Assembly: GCF_006345805.1 (NCBI RefSeq)
Contig: NC_043003.1
Coordinates: 79,236,001 to 79,300,000 of the forward strand
Origin: Octopus sinensis
Taxonomy: Eukaryota
Reading direction: 5' to 3'
Length of the DNA: 64,000 bases
The translations under genes and the position numbers were made by a program. The notes under the pieces were generated by a model that ran no database searches, was not told the origin of the DNA, and saw nothing but the letters and a program-made list of their open reading frames with translations. Positions 24,165 through 37,836 of this stretch are shown here, piece after piece (position 1 is the first letter of the stretch; each line of letters begins with the position of its first letter).

Positions 24165-25469
24165 TAATATCCAGTACTGCTGCCGTAGTCTCCTTTAGAG
24201 AGACTTAGAAATAATAATATTTATATTTATATACATACATATATATATATAGATATATATATACTTACACACACAAACACAGATGTCGACATTATGCAAG
24301 TGCTATCCTTTGTTTCCAATTTTCTGTAGAAACATGTCGAGCTATGGGGAAATATTACTTTACTCGGAAACAAGCAAGGGGGAATGACATGAAGGGCAAC
24401 CAGCCGTAGGAAATCTGCCACAACAAACCCCATCCAACACATACAAGCATAGAGAAGTGGACATTAAAAAGATGATGAGGATGTATGCATGGGTGTGTGT
24501 ATTTGTGTTTGAATTCCACCATTGTTTGACTAATGGTGTTGATTGTTTTGTGTTTAGGTAATTTAGCAATTTGGCAAAAAAGATAAATGAATAAGTACTA
24601 GACTTAACAATAAGTACTAAGGTCGATTTGTTTGACTATACTCTTGAAGTTGAATATCTTAAACAAGTAATAAGTAAAAGATAGAAGATAAAAGAAAGAT
24701 GAAAGTTTATCTAAACAATGTTGATAAAAATTTCTCAGTACTTAAGTACAATGACTATCATTATGTTTCATGGGAACTTAATATGCTGGTCATTATATCA
24801 ACACGAAAAATATTTACAAGTGCAAATATCAACTGTAAAAGCAGAAATCTGATTTATTGTACCAAATTCTCAAATTGTGAAGAAATATATATATATTGGT
24901 CAAACAAGAAACTTATTACTATTTTTAAATCTCCCAATGTGAGATATTCAGCCACAGTATTTTGTAATAAAGATTGTTTGCCAACATAACATGGCAGTTC
25001 TGGTTTAGGACTAATGTTGCTGTAATTTAGCCCCAGGAGACATCATCTCCAGCTGGCTTTACAACACGATCTCTGTTCTTATATTTTCAAACAAGTGAGT
25101 CGGGTGCTACATTATCTATCTATCCCCCACCCCTGTCCCTCATGTGTTGACAATAATGCGACCAATCCTGAATCATATAAACATTCACACAGACAGAAAT
25201 ACTCACAAATATACATGACACATGATGTGTGGGTGTTTGTGTTTGTATACGTCCATGTGTGCATGTGTCTGTGTTTATGTTTGCCAATGTAAACCAGTGC
25301 ATCAAGTTGTGTGTTGTTATGGTGATGTGTAACTTGGTAATTCCATTGTAGTCAATGTGATCAACTTCAGAGATGTTATCCTAGCATGGCTAAAGATAAA
25401 TCTTATGAGCATAACATATTGCTTTGAGTTTATTAAACTTTAACTGACATTAAGGCGAGGCAATAGGCA

Positions 25470-25627
25470 CAGGCATGGCTGTGTGGTAAGAAGTTTGCTT
25501 CTCAACCACATGGTTCTAGGTTTAGTCCCACTGCATGGCACCTTGGGCAAGTGTCTTCCACTAAAGCCTTGGGCCGAAAAAAACCTTGTGAGTGGATTTG
25601 GTAGACAGAAACTGAAAGAAGACTGTC

Positions 25628-25660
<33 letters not shown>

Positions 25661-25786
25661 TGTATGTATGTATGTATGTATGTATGTACGTACGTATGTA
25701 CGTATGTATGTATGTACGTATGCAAGTATGTATATATGCATGCATGTATGTATGTATATATATACACACATATATATATATATACA

Positions 25787-25820
<34 letters not shown>

Positions 25821-26065
25821 CGTGTGTGTATATATGTATGTATATGTATATTTGTGTGTGTGTGTGTGTCTTTGTGTCTGTGTTTGTCTCCCCATCACCA
25901 CTTGATAACCGATATTGGTCTGTTCGCCAAAAGAGACTGATAGAATATGTACAAGGCTTACAAAGAATAAGTTCTGGAGTTGATTTCTTCAACTAAAAAC
26001 CCTTTAAGGTGCTGCTCCAGCATGGCTGCAGTCAAAATGACTAAGCAAGTAAAAGAATAAAAGAA
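25470..26065 (+). mobile_element. SINE family A with expanded internal (TATG)n/(TG)n microsatellite
   Basis: Head, CORE-like part and tail match 31317-31735. Confidence 0.75.
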
Positions 26066-26734
26066 TTTGTTTGGTGATTACAAGAGATGGTTAGGTCCCT
26101 CATAACGAGCATTACATTAATCATCATCACCATCATCATCAACATTTAACACCTGTTTTCCATACTGGCATCGGTTGAATGGCTTGAGAGGAACTGGTAA
26201 GGCCAGGGACCACACCGGGCTCCATTGTCTGTTCTGGCAAAGTTTCTACAGCAGGATGCCCTTCCTAATGCCAACCATTCCACAGAGTGTACTGGATGAT
26301 TCTAATGTGGCACCATCACTAGTACTTTTTACCTGGCACCACCACCAGTGCTTTTTACATGGCACCAGCATCCACACAATGCTTTTTACATGGCACATTG
26401 GTTTTAGGATCCTTGGTTTTAGGCACATTGGTTTTCTGTTGTTGTGGGTTTGGTGGGTCTTCTCAAGTACAGTAATACCCCACATATCTCAGTCCTCTGT
26501 TATATCCTTTGTAAGGTTCAGCATTTTGAGATCAGTCTGAATACTAAAAGGTTAATATAGAGGGATGTAGATTATAGGGAAATTTGGATGCCATTACTCG
26601 TAGTCATATCAACTAACCACAGTGAGATTCCATCTATGGAGAAAAAAATTAAATATTTTTTTAAGAGTTCAGGAATAATTAACAAAAAATCTACAAAAAA
26701 AATAATTCTTAATTATAATAATAATAATAATAAT

Positions 26735-26990
26735 AACATTGTGTACAGTGCTCAGGTGCACTACAACTCATCTAAAGTGTATGTATAATCAGGTGTAGTT
26801 TCGGCGGATTTCGGAAAGCATGAGGGGCTTAAAGGATGCAGTGTCATGGCAGTCAACAACTGACGCAGGCAGTTTGTTCCATGCTTCAGAAACTCTGAGC
26901 GTGAAAAAATGTTTCCAAAAGTCATGGGAGCTGTTTTGTTTTCTGACTTTGTAGGCATGTCCAAAACAAGGGTTATTTTGGGCAGAATTG
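26735..26990 (-). mobile_element. CR1/L2-like LINE 3' end
   Basis: GHAYKVRKQNSSHDFWKHFFTLRVSEAWNKLPASVVDCHDTASFK matches the RGH-x-YKL...FF-x-x-RV-x-x-x-WN-x-LP motif; followed by a (TTA)n tail. Confidence 0.8.
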
Positions 26991-28251
26991 CAGACTGGCA
27001 GGAACAAAGCATCTAAAAGAAAAGAAGAGAACAACTCTTCTCTAGCTACCTAACAGACTTTGTATGAGCTAAAGATTGACACAATGTGAAAGTGGCAAGT
27101 TAAACAAAAAGATCGACTGGTCACAGTTCAATCATTAAAACCTGTAAATTAAAATAGACAGACAAAAGAAAACACATGTACTGCCTCCACCCATCCATCC
27201 ACAGACACACATACACACTCATGTATGTAATGTTTGTATGTGTGTGTGTGTGTGTGTGTGTGCATGTAAATCTACATGCAGGTATATATATATATATATA
27301 GATATATATATACATGCATGTAGATGCATATATACATATATATATACATATATACACACACACACACATATATATATATACACATACATATATATTATAT
27401 TATATGTGAGAGTGTGTGTCTGTGTGTGTACATATCTCTGTGTGCATACATACACACATCCATGCGTATATATATATGTCCGTATGTGTGAATGTATGTA
27501 TGAATGTATATGTATGCATGTATGTATGTACATTTGTGTGTGTGCATGTGTATGTATGCATGTGTGTGTATGTATGTATGTATGTATGTATGTATGTATG
27601 TATGTATGTATGTATGTATGTAGGTACGTACGTATGTATGTATGTATGTATGTATGTATGTATGTATGTATGTATGTATGTATGTATGGACGTATGTATG
27701 TATGTATACATATCTAAGGATACCACAGACAAATATTTAAAGGTAGAAACATGATACTTGCCAAATGAATGCCGTCAAATTATGTCCTTGACCAGGTAGT
27801 TTGCAGGTGAAAGAGAAAGTTGTCTGACACTTTACAGCAATCTATTTTGGTAAACCAGAACAAAGTCACAGGGGAAAATGTCACAAAAAAAATATATAAA
27901 TGATAATGAATTGTAATATATAAAAATATGCATGAAGGTGTGTGGTCCAGTGATTAGGGTGTTACCTTGAAGATCATGGGCATATGGTTTCAATTTACAG
28001 ACTAGAGCCCTTCATTTCATATTGTTCTGGTCCACCATGCTGTAAATAGGTAATGCTTCAATGAACTGGCATTCTGCTCAGGGTGAGTGTTGGCCTGCCT
28101 ACCTAGCCAACAGAGGGGCATTATTTGAAAGCTAAAACATTGCAAAGTGCATTGTGACTAGCGGTGCATAACAACATATTATAGTCTGGTCTATAATATG
28201 ATACTGTAATATACAAACATATATATATATATACATATATAAATATGTATA

Positions 28252-28287
<36 letters not shown>

Positions 28288-28809
28288 TGTATGTATGTAT
28301 GTATGTATGTATGTATGTATGTATATGTATATATATGTATACACACACATACACACACACACACGCACACACACTTATATATATATATCGGAGTAAATGT
28401 GCTTAGCAGTGCATACATATAATCACAATTTAGGTTAGTTGAAATATGTTTGTCACATATTTCAACTGCTAAAGGCAAATACACTGCAGTTACCACGGTG
28501 AAAAATTCTCTCTTACCATGGAGTTCCAGACAGGGAAAGGTTATCAGTACCTTCCCTTGTCTGAAACGCCATATTTCACAACATAGCGAAGATATGACCC
28601 AATATATGTAAAGAAATTTGAGAAATTTGAAAAGAAAATATGAAACCAGTTGTTTCTCCCCCCAAACATACACAAAATTTTTAAACATTTTTCTAACATA
28701 ACGATTTAAATATATTCTCTAACCATATAACACAAGCTGTCTGTAGTTTTTACACTCTATTTTATCTTTTATATATGTATATATATGTAAATATATAAAG
28801 AAATAAGTT

Positions 28810-29090
28810 GGACATAAGAAACATCAGATGTGGTGTGCAAGAGAGAGACAACTACGCTGGTACGGTCATGTGTTGCATATGGAGAAGGACAGCTGTGTGA
28901 AAAAGGGTCACACCCTAACAGTGAAGGGAACCTGTGGAAGTGGTAGACCCAGGAAGACCTGGGATGAGGTGGTGAAGCATGATTTTCAAACGTTGGGCCT
29001 CACAGAGGCAATGACAAGTGGCTGAGACCTATGGAGATATGTTGTGCTTGAGAAGATCTGGCAAGCCAAGTGAGACCGTAGCCATGCTCA
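28810..29090 (+). mobile_element. RTE-clade LINE 3' fragment
   Basis: RQLRWYGHVLHMEKDSCVKK...GRPRKTWDEVVKHDFQTLGL...DLWRY matches the RTE C-terminal RLRWxGHVxRM...GRPxKTW motif. Confidence 0.85.
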
Positions 29091-29094
29091 GTGC

Positions 29095-29451
29095 CAATGT
29101 CGCATATGCATAACCAGCATATTTAAAAGTACCTTTCAATCCTGTTCTATATTTAAGAGATGAGGAATTATGCTCATTATTTACATTATTTACATTTGAC
29201 GGACATTTGTCCTCATCTTGTTTGTTGTTAACATAACGTTTCGGCTGATATACCCTCCAGCCTTCATCAGGTGTCTTGGGGAAATTTCGAACCTGGGTTC
29301 TCATTCCTAAGGTAGTTTTCGATGTTGTTGTTGTTGTTGCTGTTCTTATTATTCAGGTCACTGCTTGGAATCGAACTCGGAATCTTGGGGTTAAGAACAC
29401 GAGCTACTAACCCCAAGATTCCAAGTTCAATTCCAGGCAGTGACCTGAAGG

Positions 29452-29490
<39 letters not shown>
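29095..29490 (-). mobile_element. SINE-like element with Penelope-type hammerhead tail; head folded back (29352-29449)
   Basis: Minus strand gacac-CTGATGA-aggctg..cagcc-GAAACGTT-atgtt; same family as 4020-4342. Confidence 0.7.
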
Positions 29491-29728
29491 GTCGCCCATG
29501 TATACCAGCCTCCCCTCTCCACGCCACCAGTGTTATCCAAGGGAAAGGCAAAGGCCTATACAGCTTGGCACCTGTGACGTCGCAACTCATTTCTACAGCT
29601 GAGTGAACTGGAGCAACATGAAATAAAGTGTCTTGCTCAAGAACACAAGATGCAGCCCAGTCTGGGATTCAAGCTCACAACCTCACAGTCGTAAGCTTGA
29701 TGCTCTAACCACTGAGCCATTCACCTTC

Positions 29729-29775
<47 letters not shown>

Positions 29776-30004
29776 ACCACGTGTGTACCGTTGGCGATTT
29801 TTTTCCTCTGTCTTCCCTTCTCTGGATCTTTCCTTCTCCTATGTTTCTGACAAAGAGCTCCGCTCGAAACGTTAAACCCTCCTTCTTTCCTGAGCGTCCA
29901 ATAATACTATATTTGTTCCACGTCCTCGCGTTGTTGTGTTTCTTGTGCTTTCTTGTTTGGATTAACTTTATATATATATATATATCTGTATGTATGTATG
30001 TATG

Positions 30005-30047
<43 letters not shown>

Positions 30048-30409
30048 ACATACACACCCAGACTCATATATAGATATGTTGGTCTGAATGCATGTGTGTG
30101 TGTATTACAATAGCTTATCAGTTAATAAAAAGTTAACAAGTTGTTGTCGCATTTAAACAAATAGTATTTATCGTCACTTAGTAGTTAGGTTATGTTTAAA
30201 ATGTTGAATAAATAAAAAGAGGAAGAATTATCTTCAACAATGTTTATTTAACAACTTTAAATGTTTTCGATAGAGATAATGTACAATTTGTTTTGTACAA
30301 GTTATATATGTGTATAAATCAAGTAATGATGAAATTGTTGAAAGGTGAAAGGTGAAAGCTGAAACAACTCATTTGATATTAGGATATTACAACAGGAATA
30401 ATCTCTTAG

Positions 30410-30806
30410 AAAAACCACCATCCGAATCGTGGCCGAAGCCAGTGCTGCCTCGACTGGCTTCCGTGCCGGTGGCATGTAAAAAGCACCAAGCACCATCCGA
30501 ATCGTGGCCGAAGCCAGTGCTGCCTCGACTGGCTTCCGTGCCGGTGGCATGTAAAAAGCACCAATCCAACCATGGCCGTTGACAGCCTAGCACGTAAAAA
30601 GCACGTTGCCAGCCTGGCACGTAAAAAGCACCCACTACACTCACGGAGTGGTTGGCGTTAGGAAGGGCATCCAGCTGTAGAAACATTGCCAGATAAGACT
30701 GGAGCCTGGTGCAGCCTTCTGGCTTCCCAGATCCCCAGTCGAACCGTCCAACCCATGCTAGCATGGAGAACGGACATTAAACGATGATGATGATGATGAT
30801 GATGAT
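30410..30806 (+). mobile_element. RTE-tail SINE-like repeat with 75-bp internal tandem duplication and (GAT)n tail
   Basis: Two 75-bp units starting at 30416 and 30491; 3' end CATGCTAGCATGGAGAACGGACATTAAAC(GAT)n; opposite-strand copy at 52905-53280. Confidence 0.75.
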
Positions 30807-31316
30807 GAAAATTTCCTTATTTAAACATGGATTTAAAGACATATAGCCTCTGGCTGAAATGAGAAAATTTCTTATAAAGTATTGAATTCCAAGGTTTTTA
30901 GAAACCCACCAAAACATCCTGAAATATTCTAAGAGGCCTCTAGCAGTGAAAATTAAACTTTTCTTTTTAGTTTGTCACTAACCATCACAAACTGACTCCA
31001 AAGAGGATTGGCAGGAAAACATGTCAGTAAGCATTATAATAATATTTGGGGGTGTAGTAAAAATAATCTGGTCACTATCACCAGATATAGTATTATTTGT
31101 TAACGACTATTATCTCTAGTCAATATGACTAAATATAGTAATATTATTTACTGGTTGTTTTTATTTTCAAATTTAAATATTCTCGGTTAGAATTTAAAGA
31201 AAGCTATCTGACAAAGGATTACGTGTACACAATGACAATATAATTTATATAATGACGTTAATATGATGAAAAATCACAGTTTATTGAAAAGGTACAGGAC
31301 TAGTTGGAGTGGTACA

Positions 31317-31735
31317 GCGCAGGAGTGGCTGTGTGTTAAGTAGTTTGCTAACCAGCCACATGGTTCCGGGTTCAGTCCCATTGCGTGGCACCTTGGGCAA
31401 GTGTCTTCTACTATAGCCTCGGGCCGACCAATGCCTTGTGAGTGGATTTGGTAGACGGAAACTGAAAGAAGCCCGTCGTATATATGTATATATGTATATG
31501 CGTGTGTGTTTGTGTGTCTGTGTTTGTCCCCTAGCATTGCTTGACAACCGATGCTGGTGTGTTTATGTCCCCATTACTTAGCGGTTCGGCAAAAGAGACC
31601 GATAGAATAAGTACTGGGCTTACAAAAGAATAAGTCCCGGGGTCGAGTTGCTCGATTAAAAAAGGCGGTGCTCCAGCATGGCCGCAGTCAAATGACTGAA
31701 ACAAGTAAAAGAGTAAAAGAGTAAAGAGTAAAGAG
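31317..31735 (+). mobile_element. SINE family A, near full length
   Basis: tRNA-like head (GGCTGTGTG..AAG / GGTTCAGTCCC), CCTTGGGCAAGT CORE-like segment, AAGAGTA tail; more than 8 copies in the window. Confidence 0.85.
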
Positions 31736-31920
31736 TTGTGTGGTTAAGAAGCTTGCTTCCCATCTATGTAGTCTTGAGTTCACTCCCAATGCATGGCACA
31801 TTGGGCAAGTGACTTCTAATATATCCTCAAGCTAAACAAAGCCTTGTGATTAGGTATGGTTGATGGAAACTGGAAATAGTCCAACATATATAATAACCAT
31901 GCTGTGTGTGTGTGTGTGTG

Positions 31921-31952
<32 letters not shown>

Positions 31953-32087
31953 TGTATGTATGTATGAATGTACGTATGAATGAATTTATGTATGTATGTA
32001 TGTATGTATGTATATATATATATAAGTTGACATATAATGTCTAAAAGTTAATGAACCACCTATTGATCCCTCCATTTTCTTATTGCG

Positions 32088-32130
<43 letters not shown>

Positions 32131-32443
32131 GCCTCGGGCCAACCAATGCCTTGTGAGTGGATTTGGTAGACAGAAACTGAAAGAAGCCTGTCGTATATAT
32201 GTATATATATATATATAAGTGTGTGTGTATATGTTTGTGTGTCTGTGTTTGTCCCCCTAGTATTGCTTGATAACCGATGCTGGTGTGTTTACGTCACTGT
32301 CACTTAGCGGTTCGGCAAAAGAGACCGATTGAATAAGTACTGGGCTTACAAAGAATAAGTCCTGGGGTCGATTTGCTCGACTAAAGGCGGTGCTCCAGCA
32401 TGGCCGCAGTCAAATGACTGAAACAAGTAAAAGAGTAAAAGAG

Positions 32444-32478
<35 letters not shown>

Positions 32479-33686
32479 TGTCTTTGTGGTTGTGTTGTAT
32501 ATGCCTCCCCCCCCACACACACACCTGGTGTTGGTTTGTTTGTCTCCATAACTTCGTGGTTTGGCATAAGAAACTTCAAAAAAAAATGTACTGGGATCAA
32601 ATAATTTGACTAAACCCTTCCAGGCAGTGCTCCAGCATGGCTGCAGTTCAATGACTGAAACAAGTAAAAGATGAAAGATAACAAAATAATAACAAAACAA
32701 CATTAAAACAGTAATTTCTAGAAGTTTCCAAGTGAGCTCTTTTTGGTGTTTTTTTTAAATAATTATTTGTTTAGAATCTTGTTAGATTCTTGTTTAGATT
32801 CTCGTAGACATGGCTGTGTGGTAGTTTGCTTTCCAACCACATGGTCCCGGGTTCAGATCCACAGTGTGGAACCTTGGGCAAGTGTCTTCTACTTTAGCCT
32901 TGGGTTGACCATAGCCTCGTGAGTGGATTTGATAGATGGAAACTGAAAGAAGCCTTTCATATCTTATATAATAAAACAAAGTTTGTGTGTGCATGTGTGT
33001 ATTCACATGTCTGTGCATGCGTGTGTGTGTGTATGTGCGTGCATGTATGTGAGTGTGTGTGTGTGTGTGCGTGTGTGTGTGTTTGTGTATGCATGTGTGC
33101 GTATGTTCCTTATGGATTCGAAAACAGAGTTGCCAATTTTCATGTATGAGGTATCAAAAAAATCCGGTAATTTTTCAGCAACCAAATAAAGTATATTCTT
33201 GGCACCACATCTCTCTTTCACTACTAAAATAAAATGGAAAACTAGATCGGGTTGCACAATTTTAGGGTCATTTCCGGACAATATTTCCATTTGCTTCTAA
33301 TGTTTCACTTTTACTTCCGAATTTGGACTTCACCCATTGTTGTTAAACAACCAACAACAATGTAGGCATGACAGAGTGACATTATCTCTCTCTTATGATT
33401 TCTCATAATGTATGGAGACACGATGGCATCAAAAACACATTACAAATTCAATAAGTTTGCTCTTCATTTTGCAGGCTACATTTCCCACGCCACTTCACTA
33501 CTTCTTGTCTTTTCTGCCTTCCTATCAGCAATACAATTAATTTCTCTTCCAATGACAGAGTGGCATTGTCTGTCTTTTAATTTCTCATGATAATGTATGG
33601 AGACACTGTTACAATTTCACTAACTTCACCAATATATGACCAAACCTAGATTTTATTTCATATTTTTATACACTTTGCTGTCAATA

Positions 33687-34094
33687 TACTCTTTTACTCT
33701 TTTACTTGTTTCAGTCATTTGACTGCGGCCATGCTGGAGCACCACCTTTAATCGAGCAACTCGACCCCGGGACTTATTCTTTGTAAGCCCAGTACTTATT
33801 CTATCGGTCTCTTTGCTGAACCGCTAAGTTACGGGGACATAAGCACACCAGCATCGGTTGTCAAGCGATGTTGGGAGGACAAACACAGACACACAAACAC
33901 ACACACATATATATATACATATACATATATACGACGGGCTTCTTTCAGTTTCCGTCTACCAAATCCACTCACAAGGCTTTGGTCAGCCCGAGGCTATAGC
34001 AGAAGACACTTGCCCAAGGTGCCACACAGTGGGATTGAACCCGGAACCATGTGGTTGGTAAGCAAGCTACTTACCACACAGCCACTCCTGCGCC
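33687..34094 (-). mobile_element. SINE family A, near full length
   Basis: Reverse complement of 31317-31735. Confidence 0.85.
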
Positions 34095-34867
34095 TATATA
34101 GATAATTCCAAACATTGTCTGTAGAAATAACTTATGTTAATACAATATTTATGTGTACATTTTCATACGTATCTCGGGTGATTAAACCCTACAAATAGTG
34201 TATGCATTTCTTCACGGCTTCACAATCAGGGCTGAACTCCGTTTTTTTAAATTATTGTTCAAGTTTTTCTTCTTTTGGAATTAATAAAAGTATGCGAAAA
34301 TAACCTCCTTTGGCACACACACATACACACATGCATGCACACACACACGCACTCAAGGTAAAACTTCTGTATGAATTATGTTATCTCTTGTTGTGTTCAC
34401 ATGCAAAATTACAGCTCAAATCCTATTCAAATGATCTTATTTTTATTTTGTAATTCGTGTTTAAAAACCTGATGTTCAGTATAAACTTAAAAGGAAGTTC
34501 TCCCAGAAATCCTGTCCTTTACCTGTTGTTTCTAGCATGTCCAAGGTGACATTTCCCCCACACCCACCCCAATTTTTTTTTTTTTTCTAAATTTCTTTTC
34601 ATTCCTATGTTTTCCATAGAGGAGATTAGAATTTCGACCAAAAAACACGTTCTCAATATTTTAATTCTCCCCCACCCCAATTTTTTCTTTCTTTACTTTT
34701 CTCAGAATATTTTTCTTGGTAATCCATGGAGAAGAAAGAGAGTACAAATCTTTCAGAATTTTCTTTCTTTTTTCTTACAGAAACTGTAAAATTTCCTCCC
34801 CCAACATCCACCCATCACCTCACCACTTTCAAACACTACAAACTCCCATCCACTTCTTGACATCCTT

Positions 34868-37103
34868 TTACCAAGTGCGATACTTCAGTATGTCAGGGTA
34901 AAGGATGGTTGCAGTAAATGCATCACATCTACACAGGTCAAAGAATGCTCTGAGAGTCATCACCTGTGGTGCATATATTTCTCCTCTAATTCTTTTGGGA
35001 TTCATTTGATCAAAATAAACTCTTTGGTCATTTTCTAAATGAACAGAGAGGTGGATGACTGTGGGATATCTATCATGGATGGGGAATTGAAGGAGTCTCC
35101 AAGCAGCTTCATTACTGCTTACATAACAGCCCATTAGATATTGGTGTACCTCATTGGCCCTATCAACATCTAAAAGGCGAAAGATAGCCATGTCAGACCC
35201 TTTGTTTATATATTTGCATACATACTTAATGGACTGCAGAGAATTGCAAAATCCAAGTTAATGTGTGCCTTGAAAACTTGTAGTAATATAGGACTGTATG
35301 GGATGATCCACCTGTTGTCAACTACGACTGGGCTTTGCTGTGGCCAAAGAGCAAAATCGAATCCACCATCTCTCAGTTTGTGTCTTCTGTACATTGGATA
35401 CTTGTTATGTCTTGTGTGCATTTCAAAAGTGAACTGTTAGGGTATCCTTTTGAGCATTTGCCATCTTTCATGCATGTGGAATTCTGATTATAAGGGCCGC
35501 AGGGACCATGAATCATATGTGATTTGATGTTGAAAAGTTGTTTTGTCTACATCTAGATTTGTAATCTCTGCACTTATAACAGAGTCAATTTAAGCTGAGT
35601 GCAACTTTTCCTTCAACCAAATCAAAATGTGTGCATGTGGCAGGCCTCGTTTCTGCCATTCGATGGTATACATTCAACAAGTAATTTCTCCAGATATCTT
35701 ATTCTTTGTAAGTAGGTCCATGTGTTTCAATAACTTAATGTGGAAAACACTCATGATTAAGTCATACCTTTGATGGTGTTTTTGCCCTGGCAGAAGATTT
35801 TCAGCAACTTCAGCCCACTTAGGATAACTTGTGAATGTAACAAAAAGATATGGAGAACTGAAGTTTCTAACATAGGCCATAGCATCTTGTGTTTTTCTGT
35901 GCATGTACCTTGGTTCCCTGGTAAAGGAAGCTAGGAGAAAAAAACCTTGTGGCTGATATTGGGAATAGCATCTCCCAAGTGGACATAGGATTCTGCACAA
36001 AGTTATCCTTGGTTTATTTTTTATATAAAGAAGGCATTCACTCACCACTTTAGCACACATGTCCGCCATGAATTGTTGGAAAAAATCACAACATTTGAGT
36101 AAGTGACTTACTGGCTCATGAACCATGATCATGAAGGTGTAGAAGTCATTGCTACTCACAGACTTTGTTTGATAGTCATGTCCGATTAGTGGGCCAAATT
36201 GAGGTATGCCAAAGTGATAGCCGTCTTGCCCTTCTCAGAATATGATTGTGTACTGTACAGCATCATATAAACAATGAGTCTCAGACACCCTTTGTAATGT
36301 AATGTCATGTGAGTGGATAGCAATATCCCTGTGGCCACATTGATTGCCAACTAAGATACAGGTGACGTCTTCAGTGGTGGGGGTGTTGTATTGACCTGAG
36401 TGCTATCCAATGGGTGTCTTATTGGCACTTATGGCTTGCATGAAGCCATTTGAATTTTGTGTCCATTCTACTGCAACTTCGAGCTGTCGAATCAGATTGT
36501 TGTGGGCCAAAAACATGGTCTGTAGAGCAGAAACGATGTCGCAATGCAAGGTTCGAATTATCTAACATCATCTTCTTAATTGCTGCTATTGTTCCCCATA
36601 AAGGAAATTTGAAGAAATTTGGCCTCGTCATCGCTGCATGGTAGAAGCAACTCTATCAAGTGGTACACCTGCCCTTGAACCTTGAACATTGTCTAAAATC
36701 TTTCCTTTGCTATTTCTTTAGTCGCGCCAAAAGGTGTCATCTGGAAAGCGGAATTGTAGTGTCAAATGCAAGAGAGGAAGTGCTTGGATTCTGCAGTACG
36801 CCCATCTAGCAAGCCAAACAATGGCCATGGAAGGGGTTGTAAAACAGGAATCTAAACCTTGCTTCCAGAGCAACACATTCCAGGACTTTTGCATGTAAAC
36901 GTCTTTGCCCCACAGAACCTGCACTGATGTGATAGCCCACCTACTCTTACAGCAGGATCTTCACTGTAATCTAAATTTGGATCATATCTAAGGGCTGATT
37001 TCTCTTCGCAAAATGTGCCTTCCATTAGCACATGCATGAGGGCAGCAGGCATTATATCTTGGACACTCAAACTCCTTGTAGTAACACTGTCTAAATTAAG
37101 CAC
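34868..37103 (-). mobile_element. Decayed Helitron Rep (HUH endonuclease) coding region, truncated before the helicase
   Basis: Frameshifted pieces in order: Zn-finger CRFCGAK..PGMCCSG; PRYMHRKTQDAMAYVR..YLFVTFT..PKW; YTIEWQKRGLPHAHILIWL (HUH, about 35630); HMIHGPCG..CMKDGKCSKGYP; SIKYVCKYINKGSD (catalytic Tyr pair, about 35200); NEVHQYLMGCYVSSNEAAWRLLQFPIH. Confidence 0.92.
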
Positions 37104-37104
37104 C

Positions 37105-37613
37105 AGTTACACACTGGGGTCAATGTAATCGTCTTAATCCATTCGTCTGTCCTTGTTTGTCTCCTCTGTGTTTAGCCCCTAGTGGGTAGTAAAGAAATAG
37201 GTACTACTTAAGAAGGCGGTGAGCTGGCAGAAGCATTAGCACGCCAGGCGAAATGCTTAGCAGTATTTCGTCTGCCACTACGTTCTGAATTCAAATTCCA
37301 CTGATGTCAACTTTGCCTTTCATTCATTCGGGGTCGATTAAATAAGTACCAGTTACGCACTGGGGTCGATATAATCGACTTAATTCTTTTGTCTGTCCTT
37401 GTTTGTCCTCTCTGTGTTTAGCCCCTTGTGGTAGTAAAGAAATTGGTATTTCGTCTGCCGCTACGTTCTGAGTTCAAATTCCGCCGAGGTCGACTTTGCC
37501 TTTCATCTTTCAGGGTCGATTAAATAAGTACCAGTTACGCAGTGGGGTCGATATAAACAACTTAATCCGTTTGTCCTCTCTGTATTTAGCCCCTTGTGGG
37601 TAGTAAAGAAATG
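37105..37613 (+). mobile_element. Cluster of tandem SINE family B copies
   Basis: Three or more repeats of the ...GTCGATATAATCGACTTAATCC..AGCCCCTTGTGGGTAGTAAAGAAAT unit; (G)GTACTACTT(A/C)AGAAG duplicated at 37200-37215 and 37614-37629 is consistent with a 15-16 bp TSD. Confidence 0.8.
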
Positions 37614-37836
37614 GGTACTACTTCAGAAGAGTGGTCCCGGTGCGCGCACTCGCTAGCTAGTCGTGACTAGTCGATCCTACAACGACTACCTAGTAAAGTA
37701 AATAAAACACAAAATAAATAATTTTTTGTAAACAAAATAAAACAAGAACACAAAGGATCGACTAGTCACGACTAGCTAGCGCAGATGCGCAAGTACGCGA
37801 GTGCGCGCACCGGGACCACTCTTCTTAAGTAGTACC
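37614..37836. mobile_element. Small CpG-rich inverted-repeat element (Merlin-like GGTAC termini)
   Basis: Arms 37614-37678 and 37754-37836 are reverse complements apart from a 17-18 nt indel; AT-rich 75-bp spacer; no clean TSD seen. Confidence 0.55.

Noticed and set aside
30416-30566. 75-bp direct repeats superficially like a CRISPR array
   Set aside because: Only two units, no unique spacers, and part of a dispersed eukaryotic SINE-like family also at 53040-53280.
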